The notes under the pieces: model-generated | What the model was told of the DNA's origin: nothing | Seen by the model: the letters and a program-made list of their open reading frames with translations, nothing else | Database searches by the model: none | Shown: positions 1-10,968 of the stretch, piece by piece | How positions within the stretch are numbered: position 1 is the stretch's first letter | Layout: the number at the start of each line of letters is the position of its first letter | Program-made: the position numbers and the translations under genes | Source of the DNA: Neovahlkampfia damariscottae | Lineage: Eukaryota | Assembly (NCBI GenBank): GCA_016618085.1 | Contig: JABLTG010000019.1 | Location: forward strand, 124,001-166,922 | Reading direction: 5' to 3' | DNA length: 42,922 bases

Positions 1-59
1 AAAACTGAATCCAGAGTATCAGATTCAGCACTGGAAAATGAAAATAATTTCTTTTTCAT
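1..59 (-). CDS. 5' end of a gene running off the window (hydrophobic, signal-peptide-like start)
   Basis: ATG at 59, open to the window edge: MKRNYFHFPVLNLILWIQF; TTGGCCAATGG motif ~45 bp upstream. Confidence 0.3.
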   Translation of the reverse strand, partial: MKKKLFSFSSAESDTLDSV

Positions 60-156
60 CTTTTCTTTCGCACAAAATGAAAACCGTTGAAAAAACTCTG
101 TTGGCCAATGGAAAAAGAAACTATCCATTTAAAAGAAAATATTTTTATTTTAATAT

Positions 157-1906
157 CTACAATCTATTTGATTTTTTACTCTTTCTTTTTTTTGGTTTTT
201 CTTCATTTTCAACTTTTTCTTTTTCATTTTCAACAATTGGTTCTAATTCTGTTTCATCAGGTGATTCATCAACTTCTTGTGTTATTTCTTCTTTAACAGT
301 TTCATCTATATTTCTTGGAGTTTTATTGAGTGACTGCAAAATATTTTTAACTTTTTTGTCAACAACAATCTAAAGAGTTAACAAGTATTCAAAAAAAAAA
401 AGACAAACTTTGTTTTTTAATCTATCAGCAAATAATTTTTGTCTTGCTTGTTTTAATTTTTCAGATGGAGCATAATACTTCATCATTCCATCCCATTCAA
501 CTATTTTAAATTAAAAAAAAAAAAAAAAGAAAAACTAACCAGATTTTAAACCTGTTTTTTTACAAATCATTTCTTTGATTCTTGTTGAGAATTGAATTGG
601 ATTTTCATCGTCTCTCATTTGTTGTGGTGGTAAAAAGTAAACATCACAAACCAAACACCACTTTTTAAAAAATAATCAATGATTGTAAAAAATACTTACA
701 GATTTCATCAAACGAAAAATGTGACCTGCAAATGATTCATTCTTTGATGACCAATATGGATCTGAAAAGGTTTTACTGAATGAAAAAAAAAAATGAACAT
801 GTAGTTTTCTTCTTACTTGTATTTGATAGCAATAGGACATATTTCAGCACCTAATGAAAAAGCACCTTGTTTGAACATAACTACGTATTCATTATTAACA
901 CAAACACCTTCTGGAAAGATTAAAAGTGGTGGATTTGATAAATCTTGTATATGATCAGTCATTCTCTTTGAAACTAATTTCCTATCTTTACTTTCAAATC
1001 TTTCAAACCAAATGTTCTTAAAAAATTGTTAAATGTGATCCTTGGAATTACTTTCAAAGGAGAAATTAAATGATTTTGAAGAAAAGCAACAAAACCTGTA
1101 TGTTTTTGACCAACTGTTGCAAAAATTCTATATTGAGCAAGTATAACAAAATCTAAAAGAGTTGCGTGGTTAGCCACATAAATTTGATTTTTCTTTCTTT
1201 TTGGTGGCGTACCATGATATTTAATGACACAATGTAAAGCAACAAACCAAACTAATGAAGCATCTAAAAAAAAAAGAATAGATTAAAACTATAATATATC
1301 TCAAACATAATTTAATTGCATTTCTAATGATTGTTGTTTTTCTTTCACTTTCAGGTAAAAAGTAAATTGGTGGATAGACAATAGCAAAAATTAAAGAACC
1401 AACAATAAACCATAACATTCTTTTTTTTTTTTTTTTTTAGATTTGATGTTTTTCGAACCTTATTGGAAGTAAAATAAAATAACGAACTAAAACACCAAGA
1501 CACCATAAAATGAATAAAAGAAAATTGAAATTCCAAGTTTCTGGTGGTGTTTGTTCAAAGCAAGCAGTAAATGAATCTGATGTTATTGCTTCCATACCTT
1601 AATTCAAGTTTTAATTTTTTTTTTGTTAGTTACCTTCTTTTGTTGTAAGAATCGGATCAGCTAAAGTAAATGGAAGTGATTCTTTAACTTCACCTCCTTT
1701 TTTATAAGCTTCAATAACTTTTTCTTCAATTTCTTTTCTAAGTTGTTCTTCAAAAGTTTCAGATTCATCCGAAGTCGTAAAAATATTAAAAAATGGATCT
1801 ATAACTGGGGTTGAACTTCTAGAAATGAAAAGTTGAATTCAAATTTATGATTTTACAAATTGGCTTCTAATAATTTATTCTTTTCTTTTTTTTCGTCTTG
1901 AGTCAT
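157..1906 (-). CDS. Glycerol-3-phosphate acyltransferase, GPAT3/4/GPAT9 type (multi-intron)
   Basis: After splicing: VANHATLLDF (HX4D), IWFER, LLIFPEGVCVNN, MFKQGAF, DPYW, WCLVCDVYFLPP, WDGMMKY; all introns GT-AG. Confidence 0.9.
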
Positions 1907-1963
1907 CTTTGACCAAAAAAACAACGACAAAATTGACCAATGGGAATAAAATACTTTTTATTT

Positions 1964-2744
1964 TCATTTTAAAATTTTTAAAAATAATTCAGCTAAAGAA
2001 TCTCTTATTTTGACATCTTTTTTTAATGATATTTCCATATACAAAATAATTAATTCATCTGCTTTTTTTTTAAATAGAATAGCTTCATTTTGATCATATT
2101 TGTGGTTTGTATTGTCTATAACTAAAATAGATGGTTTTATTGTGATATTAGATTGATATTTTTTCAAATCTTTCAATGAATTTGATTCATTCATGTAGAA
2201 GAGTAAAATGTTTCCATCATTTTTTGAACTGTCTTCTTTGATGTATTTCATGGCAAATTCATTTGAAAAAGCATATATTTTGAACTTAAAAGCATAATAT
2301 TTTTGATTGTACAACCAGTACGTGTTTTTTTCCATTTTTCTAGTTAAGTCATTCACATACTGTTGTCCTGTAGTCGTTTCATTACAGTAGACTGACAAAT
2401 TCAAAAAAAAATTGGAAACTTACTCCCCTATTAAGTTTTAGTTGATTTAATTTTTCTTACAATATTCAGAGTATGATATTTTTTATTTTTTGTTACATTT
2501 TCGTCATATTCGACGTTGATTAAAGAAGACAAGTTCATAGTTTCTGTTAAACTCAGTCGCTTTTTCATTTTAGAAACATCCAAGTTCATCATTAAATGAA
2601 TTGGTGAGTCTTGAGTCACAGGATGCAAACTTTTTCGTGGTATATCCAAGTTGGATTCTTCTTGAGAAGAACTACCAAATATACCCTGTAGAGATTTTCT
2701 TTTTGATCAACAAAAAAATCGACTAACCTTTTCTTCTTTTCCAT
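1964..2744 (-). CDS. Hypothetical protein with a degenerate small-GTPase-like C-terminal domain; 4-nt microexon at 2424-2427
   Basis: Spliced ...HTLNI|GI|YCNETTTG...; later segments ILLFYMNESNSLKDL, PSILVIDNTN, YMEISLK resemble the Ras fold, but G1/G3/G4 motifs are not intact. Confidence 0.55.
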
Positions 2745-2806
2745 GTTCGTTTTTCAACAATTTTTGTATTTCGGTTTGATTGGTTTAATTTTTCCACACA
2801 AACTTG

Positions 2807-3514
2807 ATGGACAACGAGACAACCGAAGAAGATAAAGATGAAAAAGAACCGACAGGTGTTGAGCTAAAAGAAATCGATTTAAATGAAATCCATGAAGAAA
2901 ATTTTTTTTCACAAGAAGAAAGAAAACAAGAAGATGAACCTCATAAAACTTTAGAAAAAAAAGATTCACAAAAAATTACAAGAGAAGGAACTAATGCTTT
3001 TATATATGAATCAACCCTTTTAATTTTCAATGACCCTTTATACTTGAAAGCAGAGTCAAAAAAAGAAAAATTTTTTTTTCTTTCTATTTTATTTTTAAAA
3101 CAAATATTTGCTGCTATTGGAGGTGTTATTTTTTGGGTTGGTGGTTGGAATGCTTTAGATTTATACTTACTACCACAAAATGTTTACGCTGAGATTTGTT
3201 GTGTTGTTTTTGGGACTATTTTATTCTTGAGTTTGGTTTTCATTTGTGAATTTCCATTTTTTAAGAAAATACTATTAATAAAACAGGGTTGGAAAGGATG
3301 GTCATTCAGAACTATACGTGATATATTATCAGCTTGTTTGGCTGTTGTAATTTGGAAAGGAACTTATAATATTTTTGATTATTATTTGTTGGTAAATAAG
3401 TTATTTCTAATTTGTTAGACTGTTCATATTTGGTGGAGAAGTATTGTTTATTTAGTTGGTGGATTGATAATTTTAATTGTTGTTGGTTCATTGGAGGCAA
3501 ATACATCTGTATAA
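2807..3514 (+). CDS. Multi-pass membrane protein, Fuseless-like
   Basis: Two repeated motifs FWVGGWNALDLY and IWKGTYNIFDYY within hydrophobic helices; one short intron near the 3' end. Confidence 0.6.
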
Positions 3515-3606
3515 AATTTTTGTTATTTAATATAATGTTGTGAAATTATTATTATTGACAGTTTTCTGTCAAATTTATTTTATGCCAATCATTTTACACA
3601 GCCAGA

Positions 3607-4170
3607 ATGAACACAAAGGATGAATTGGAAATAAAAAAATATTTGTTGAATAAATTTCAAGAAATACCTGATTTTGAATGGAACCAAGAAACAAAAACTA
3701 TTCTATTACAAATAATACAACAAGAAAAAGAACAAAAAAAAACAAATGTGCAAAAATTAAATTTCGCTTATAAAATGTTAAACATAAAAAACGAAACTGA
3801 ATTATACCATTTACCAGAAGAAGAAGAAAATATAACTTATAAAAAAAAACAAAAAGAATTCAAACAATTCATAGAAACCAAAGAAATATCATTCGAAATT
3901 TTAGAGTATGAAAATAAAATAAAGGAGTACGAAAAAGAGATTAAATTACAACCAGAAATAATAGAAATCAATCAAATTAAATCACTAAAAAACAAAATTT
4001 TGACTTTAAAAAATGAAAACGAAAACATTGCACAAGTGTTACATTCAACTTATTTTGACTTGCCAACAAGTTTGAATTTGATTTCAAAAAAATTGAAAGA
4101 AATGAAACAAGAAATCAATTTGATTCAAGAAAAAATTGATAATTTAATTAATAAACAAGAGATTCAATAA
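3607..4170 (+). CDS. Coiled-coil protein resembling augmin subunit HAUS1
   Basis: N-terminal IKKYLLNKFQEIPDFEWNQETKTILLQI and C-terminal YFDLPTSLNLISKKLKEMKQEI resemble the two conserved ends of HAUS1; CCAATC at 3585. Confidence 0.55.
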   Translation: MNTKDELEIKKYLLNKFQEIPDFEWNQETKTILLQIIQQEKEQKKTNVQKLNFAYKMLNIKNETELYHLPEEEENITYKKKQKEFKQFIETKEISFEILEYENKIKEYEKEIKLQPEIIEINQIKSLKNKILTLKNENENIAQVLHSTYFDLPTSLNLISKKLKEMKQEINLIQEKIDNLINKQEIQ

Positions 4171-5472
4171 ATGAATCTCATTTTTGTATTTGTACCTTCT
4201 CTTATTTTATTTCTCATTTCTTCGGTCATTTTTGTTCCTGAAGTGATGAATAACATCATTTCTGGTAGATTTAGATTTATTTCATTCAAATTAGGTCCAT
4301 TTGAAAATGTTATTTCATTCAATTTGTCATGGAATAAATTCAATTTTGATAAATTCAAACATGCTTTGATATTCAATCTGTTTAAATTTGGATTTGAATT
4401 TAAAATATTTGATAATGATGATGATGATATTGATGACCTATTTAAACGTTTAAAAATCAAAAAAAAAATATGTAATACTTGCTAAAATCAATGTATTCCA
4501 AATGATTTGATTCAACTCTTGGTAATTTTAATTGGTGACAAAAGTTGACATGAAGAGTTTTTAAATTGAAACATTTGATATTTGGATTCTTTAAATTGTC
4601 ATTCCATCCCATTTTTAACATTTCTAAATTAAAATTTTCAATTTCTAAAAATAACAATTTTCATTGATGAATTTCTTACCTGGGTTAATTAATTTTTCAC
4701 AATGTGTCAAATTCAATTCCTTCAAGTTGTACAGAAAATTGAGATTTTCATTGATAAATTCATCATTGATATTTGTTTTAGATAAATTCAACACTCGAAG
4801 ATTTTTGAGATTTTTAATCACAGGGTTCTTTAAACACAAACAAGAAATTAAATATAATTCTTGAAGAGTTTCATTTGAGTATTGAATTAATTTTTCCAAA
4901 TTTGAATCATCAAATTTTGAAGATGACAAATCCAAATACTCAATTTTCAATTTTTTCTTAAAAGTTACAATTTCTAAATTTTGGCAATTGAAAACTGATT
5001 TATACCCAAATTCAAGTTTTTTTATAATATTATTATCAGGTTGTTGATCATTAATTAAATTTAAACTTTTCAAATTACGACAATTTTGAATAGAAATTTC
5101 CTCTAAAAAGTTGAACTTCAATTTTGGGTCAATCAATGATTCACAAGTATTAATTTTTAATGTTTTGATGGTCCTGTTCGATTTTAAATTCGAAATTACT
5201 TCTTCAAATTTTTTATCGTCAAGTGATTTTGATTTTTCAATTTTTAAATTTTTTAAATATTTGAATCTTGAAATCCTTTCAATTAAATTTTTTTCAAAAA
5301 ATGTAAAAGACCAATCCACCAACTTGATTGTTGTTATTCCATCATTAACAATATGTTTGAATTCTTTCGAAACCAAACGTAAATAAATTTTGTCTTTGGT
5401 GTCCAAGAAATCAAAAGAATAAATCAAAATCTCTTTTGGTAATCTTATTTCTTGTTTTGTTTGATTTTTCAT
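4164..5472 (-). CDS. F-box/leucine-rich repeat protein (2 introns)
   Basis: F-box LPKEILIYSFDFLDTKDKIYLRLVSKEF followed by LxxLxLxxC-type LRRs. Confidence 0.85.
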
Positions 5473-5562
5473 CTTGTTGACTTTTTCTCAGTTTAGCTAT
5501 AAATAAGTATAAAATGATTGGAGGAAATGTCGACAGTTTATTGGTCAATTTCAGAACTGAAA

Positions 5563-6723
5563 ATGAAAACTGAAGGCTGCCCTTTCTCAAAAAACTCAGA
5601 CTTGGAAACTTGTCCAGTTTCAGGAAACAAGAAAAATGAAACATTTCAAATCTTCCTTTCCTTGATGCAATTTTCAGGAAAAGACTCTGAAAAAGAATGT
5701 CCTTTCAGCTCAAAAGATTACCAAAAATTAGTTGAAAAATGTCCAAAATTCCAAGAAGATTGTCCTTTCAAGGGAGTAGACACTACAGAAGACCTTTCAA
5801 AAATAGTTGACCAAATTCCAGTTGGTCATCCAAAATGCTCTGCTTTTGAAGGAAAACTTGATGAAGTAAAAGTTGTTATTGAAAAAAATGATATCTATGA
5901 AACATTAATGAACAGAAGATGGGACTTATTCTTTGAAAAACCTATCAAATATATTGAATTGGCTCAAAAATTAAAAGATGGTACATTAACAAATCACATG
6001 ACTGCAAATGGCATGCCTTTTATTCAAAGATTTATTAAATTAGATGTAAATGTTGAAGATTATAGAATGTTTCTTTCTCAAATGCTTTTTGTTTACGAGG
6101 CAATGGAAGAAGAACTTGAAAAGAACAAAGACCATCGTTTAATCAAACAAATATATTATCCACTTGAATTAAATAGAGTTGATGCAATTAAAGAAGATTT
6201 AGTTTTTTTTTATGGAAAAGATTACAAAAATTATATTAAACCAATTGAATCTATTCAAAAATACACAAACAGAATTAGAGAAGTCTCAAAAACAAATCCA
6301 GCTTTATTAATCGCACATTCATATACTAGATATTTAGGTGATTTAGCTGGTGGTCAAATTCTTAAAAAAAAAGCAAAAAAAGCAATGGACCTTGATGAAG
6401 AAGACGGAACAAAATTTTATGATTTCCCAAATATTTCAAATCAATCTGCTTTCAAACAAGAATACAGAGAAATGTTGAATACTTTAAACATTACTGAAAT
6501 TGAATCTCAAGAAATTGTCAATGAAGCAAATATTTCATTTGAATTCAACATTAAATTATTTGAAGAACTTGAAGAAAAACATTTCAAAAAAGAAACTACA
6601 TCACCAAAAGTATTTGTCAATGAAACTTCAAAAAACTCATCAACAATGTTTACAGGTTTCAATTTAGTTGTGATGATTTCTCTCGCTTTATTATTGGTGT
6701 ATTTAGTTTTCAAAATGAAATAA
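5563..6723 (+). CDS. Heme oxygenase with N-terminal Cys-Pro repeats and C-terminal membrane anchor (paralog 1)
   Basis: Proximal His in LKDGTLTNHMTA; VYEAMEE; ELNRVDAIKEDL; AHSYTRYLGDLAGGQIL; hydrophobic C-tail. Confidence 0.93.
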   Translation: MKTEGCPFSKNSDLETCPVSGNKKNETFQIFLSLMQFSGKDSEKECPFSSKDYQKLVEKCPKFQEDCPFKGVDTTEDLSKIVDQIPVGHPKCSAFEGKLDEVKVVIEKNDIYETLMNRRWDLFFEKPIKYIELAQKLKDGTLTNHMTANGMPFIQRFIKLDVNVEDYRMFLSQMLFVYEAMEEELEKNKDHRLIKQIYYPLELNRVDAIKEDLVFFYGKDYKNYIKPIESIQKYTNRIREVSKTNPALLIAHSYTRYLGDLAGGQILKKKAKKAMDLDEEDGTKFYDFPNISNQSAFKQEYREMLNTLNITEIESQEIVNEANISFEFNIKLFEELEEKHFKKETTSPKVFVNETSKNSSTMFTGFNLVVMISLALLLVYLVFKMK

Positions 6724-6776
6724 ATTCTTTATTTAGTGAAAATAGGTCAATATTTGATGCGGGGATGTAAAATTCA

Positions 6777-7806
6777 TCATTCCATTTGTTCCTCATCCAC
6801 TGAATCTAAGATTAAATTTCCCAAGTTTCCTTTTCTAAATAGAGCTAAAAAATGATGTGCTGCATTCAAAATGTTCTCTTCTTTACCTGTTTCTTTTCTT
6901 GATAATGTACATATTCTGATTAAAAGTTGATTGATGTCATCTATTGGTTCTTTCATTTTGAATACATCAACATATTGAAAACACTTTCGAAGATTCAATT
7001 GAAATAATAAATAATCAACTAACAGAAAAATAGGAACTACTCGATCTGAAATTGAATGAATTAAAGATAATTTTAATCCACGTTCTAGTGAGTCAACCTT
7101 TGGAATCATAATACCTGGTGTGTCCAATAGAATACAAGTTGGATCTTTGGAAACTTCAAAACCTTGTAAATTTCTTGTTACTCCAGGTTCAAAACCTAAT
7201 TTTCATTAGAGAGGTTGGATTTTACCTTTTTTCGCAGTCTTTTTATTGTTCACAACTCGATGACTCCTTTTCATTGCATTGATAATACTAGATTTTCCTA
7301 AATTTGGCTATTTGTTATGCTATATCAATATCTTACTAAACCACTTGAAGAATTATTTAAATTTTTGAAAACTTACTAGATCATCATCTGATAAGGTAAT
7401 GAATTGAATTTCTTCGATAAGTTTAATTTTTCAATTGCAAATGGTATAATTTTATTAATATTCCTGTTGTTCACAGTACTAAATTTAATGTTTTTTCAAT
7501 AAAATTTTCAATTTCTCACCTTGTGAAAATGACAAAATTTTTTTTAAAACGTTCAATTATTTTTTTTTCCATGTTATGATTTCCAATGTCTGATTTATTG
7601 AAAATGATGATTCTTTTTTTTTGTTTAAAGAATTCTTCTAATTCATCATTTTTTGATGAAAATGGTGCTCTTGAGTCTCTCACTTCAAGAATAACATCAA
7701 CACTTTTAATTTTTTTTTTCATTAAATTGATATTGCTGTGCATATGTCCAGGAAACCAATTGATATTAATATGAGATGGAATTTCAAATACTTTTCGTAG
7801 TTTCAT
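6777..7806 (-). CDS. MTG1: Circularly permuted ribosome-assembly GTPase of the RbgA/YlqF/MTG1 family; 7-nt microexon 7337-7343
   Basis: INWFPGHM, EVRDSRAPFSS, NKSD (G4), spliced GLPNLGKS (G1), PGVTR, DTPGI (G3), FRKGNLG. Confidence 0.88.
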
Positions 7807-7909
7807 TTTCACTTCTTTTTAAAACAAACGAATTGAACCAATCAATTCGTCCATCCAATCAAACTCTTTTTGTTGTAGAAGAAAATTGTTACACAAGAAT
7901 TTTGAAGTA

Positions 7910-10241
7910 ATGAAAAGACTAACAAATTTAAAGAAAATTTTTATTCAACAGAATTTTTCAACCAAAAAAAAATTTCGGAAAGCAGACAGAATTGAAAAAG
8001 TAAAAAGAATTTATTTCTAATAGTTCAAGAATTTTCTTTCTCAATTTAAAGAAACTAAACCAAAATTTGATCTCGGAGAAATAGATTCAAATGAAACAGC
8101 TAAAGAAAATTATATCAATTCCGAATTTTCAATGGATGATGAATTATTCGGAGAATTATTTGGAATTGAAGAAGACGGTGAGAAGGGTGACAAAAAAAAA
8201 GTCATGAAAAATGTGAATAAACAAATTGATTTCTTCAATAAACTTGATGGAATGTCTGATTTTGAAAAAATGATTGACAACAAAAAAGTCAATAAAATTG
8301 TTAATAGTTACAAACAAAGTGTTGAAGAAAAAGAAGAAGAAAATCAAAATATCATTTCTATTTCAATTTCAAATGAAAAATATAAAAATTTTAATAGAGA
8401 AGAATTTGAAGAAAAATGGAATCAAAAAGGATATGAAATTGTTCAAATTGTTGAACCAGGTTATTTACAATCTAATTATATCATCCAATTGAAAACTTTG
8501 AAGAAGGAAAATGTTAAAGTTAAGAAATCAAATGAGAAAGTTAAAGTTGAATCACAACAAGAGACAAAAGAAAAAAAATTGAGAGAGTTGACATTGAAAC
8601 TTCAAGAAATGATTAAAAAAAATCCAAAGAGATCAAAGAAAATTTTAAACCAATTGAATTTGGCATCATCAAAAAAAGAAAAAAATGATATTACAATTGA
8701 ACCAGTTGAAATAAAACAAGAAATTGAAGAAATAGACGAAGAAATCAATGAAACGTAAAAATATTATTTTGTTAATCTAACATTAAAATTTAGAAGAGAA
8801 TATCATAAATTCAAGATGAATTCTGGAAATACTAGAATTCCAAAAGCATTAGAAGAAAAAATTAACGAAATGATCAAAAGTTTGTCAACAAAATTATCTT
8901 ATCATTTTTTTTTCTACAGATTATCCTAAAGCATTGCTAAGAGATTCATCAAAACATTTATCTGCAACTTTTAGAGTAAGAACAGGTGGTTATGGAAATC
9001 AATTTAATTTTAAAAACGTCAATAATGAAATTGGTAATTCAAAACAACAAGATCAAATGAATTTAATTGACACATTGAAATCAGGAAATGAACCAACAGA
9101 AATCAAAAGAAATATGATGAAATACTCAGAAACAGATGGTATCATTAATTCATTACTAATTATTATTTACAAGTTGTGGCCTATATTGCACATAGAATTC
9201 CTGGAATTTACGGTACAATCACTAGAATTTTCAATGAAATCAAAAAGAAAATGCCAAATTACAAACCATATTCAATGTTAGATTTTGGAACAGGTCCTGG
9301 TACTTCAATTTATGCCATGAATCAAATATTTCCAGACTGTAAAGAAGTAATGGCTGTTGAACCTTCAAATGAAATGATGGATGTTGGAATGAAAATATTG
9401 GAAGATTTAGATATCAATATCAGTTGGAGAAGGTTTTTAAATGAAAATATGAATAGAAAGTTTGATTTTGTAATCTTCAATTTTCTCTTTATTTAATTTT
9501 TTAGATGACAGCTTCTTATGTATTGAATGAAATTCAACAATCAACAGATCGTGTAAGAATTATTCAATCACTTTGGAAATTATCAAATGGGATTTTAATT
9601 TTCATAGAACCAGGTAAAATAATCATTGAATTACTCACAAAAATGAAAAGGGTAAAATACATTTTCTCTCATCCTTTTAACAAAAAGAACACCAATGGGA
9701 TTTAATTTGATCAAAGAAGCAAGATCAGTTTTATTGAATCAATTTAACGATGTTTCTATATTAGGACCAGTATTTGAAATTTTCAATTGATTTTTTTTTC
9801 CAGTGTACTCATGAAGGGCAATGTCCAATGAAATCAAATTCATGGTGCCATTTTAGTCAAAGATCTGACAGATTAAATTTTCAAAAAATAACAAAACAAG
9901 GAATTACAAAAAGTTATGAAGATGAAAAATTTTCTTATGTTGTATTCATCAAAAAAGATTTAATGAAAAACGAAATTGATGATGCATATAAAAAAAATAA
10001 TTCAAGAATTATGACACCACCAAAATTGAGAGGAGGTCACTCAGTAAGATATAACTCAAATTTATAACAAATCTCAATAGATTATGGATGTAAATGCATT
10101 TTTAATTTTTACAAATTTTAGTTTTGTACTTCCGACGGAAGTTTTGTAGAAAAGAAAGTAATAAAAAAATCAGATGGTAGTGATAAATATAAAATGTCAA
10201 GAAAATTATTTTGGGGTGATATATTTCCATATAAACTTTAG
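7910..10241 (+). CDS. RSM22: Mitochondrial small-subunit assembly methyltransferase-like protein Rsm22/METTL17 (multi-intron, with microexons)
   Basis: AYIAHRIPGIY, LDFGTGPGT, ASYVLNE, IEPGTPMGF, GPCTHEGQCPM, WCHFSQR, EDEKFSYV, PPKLRGGH, SRKLFWGD; basic targeting-like N-terminus. Confidence 0.9.
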
Positions 10242-10535
10242 TTATTATAAATTGGACCAATTGGATATTGAATTGGTAAAATTCTACCAGTAGGTGAATT
10301 CAAAATTTGATAAAATGATTTTTTTAAATTGATCACATTTGGTATTTTTGGTATCTGTTTCTGTTCCATTTCAAATTTAATTTTCTATTTTTTTTAGATT
10401 TTTTTTCTTTTTTACTTGCATTTCAAATTTGTAATTGAAAACTTTAAGAAATAGTTGAAAAAATCCAATTCCTATAAAACTTCCACCAAGGTAGCTCAGT
10501 AATTTATACAACAAAAGATGATTCTCTCGATTCAT
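10238..10535 (-). CDS. Small single-pass membrane protein (~88 aa, 1 intron), absent from the ORF track
   Basis: MNRENHLLLYKLLSYLGGSFIGIGFFQLFLKVFNYKFEMQ|KIKFEMEQKQ...PIGPIYNN*; a phase-0 GT-AG intron joins the frames; CCAAT box just upstream. Confidence 0.6.
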
Positions 10536-10544
10536 TGGATGAAA

Positions 10545-10832
10545 ATGATTGGTTTAGTGAATAACAATTTGTACAGCAACTTGAACCACACTCAACTTGA
10601 TCCATCTAAATATCCACATTTTAAACTTAAACAATTAATTGTTCTGATAACTTTTTCAGTTCTATTGTTTCTAATTTCTTGTGGTTTTTGTTTAGTTTGT
10701 GTAAAAAACGAAGTTTTATCTTATAAAGAACCTGGTTTGGAAAAAGATATTTGGACTGATATGACAAATACTTCAGGTAAATTAGAAGTTTCTTCAGAAT
10801 CTGATGACGATGTATTTTCTGATATTGAATAA
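10545..10832 (+). CDS. Small single-pass membrane protein with acidic tail
   Basis: Hydrophobic LIVLITFSVLLFLISCGFCLVCV and acidic C-terminus; start uncertain (10518, 10539 or 10545). Confidence 0.55.
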   Translation: MIGLVNNNLYSNLNHTQLDPSKYPHFKLKQLIVLITFSVLLFLISCGFCLVCVKNEVLSYKEPGLEKDIWTDMTNTSGKLEVSSESDDDVFSDIE

Positions 10833-10968
10833 TGAATTATGCAATTTTTTAAAGAATTTTGATTCATTTTTAGATCATATATTTAAGAAATTGATTTTTT
10901 GGTTTTGTTCAATAAAAAATTTCTTATTTTTAATTTTTGTTTCTCAACCAATCATTGATTAATTAAAG

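Noticed and set aside
38..373. Plus-strand ORFs 38-373 and 87-296
   Set aside because: Antisense shadows of the K/E-rich GPAT C-terminus (F/S/L-rich translation).
4171..5386. Plus-strand ORFs inside the F-box/LRR gene
   Set aside because: In-register antisense mirrors of the real minus-strand gene.
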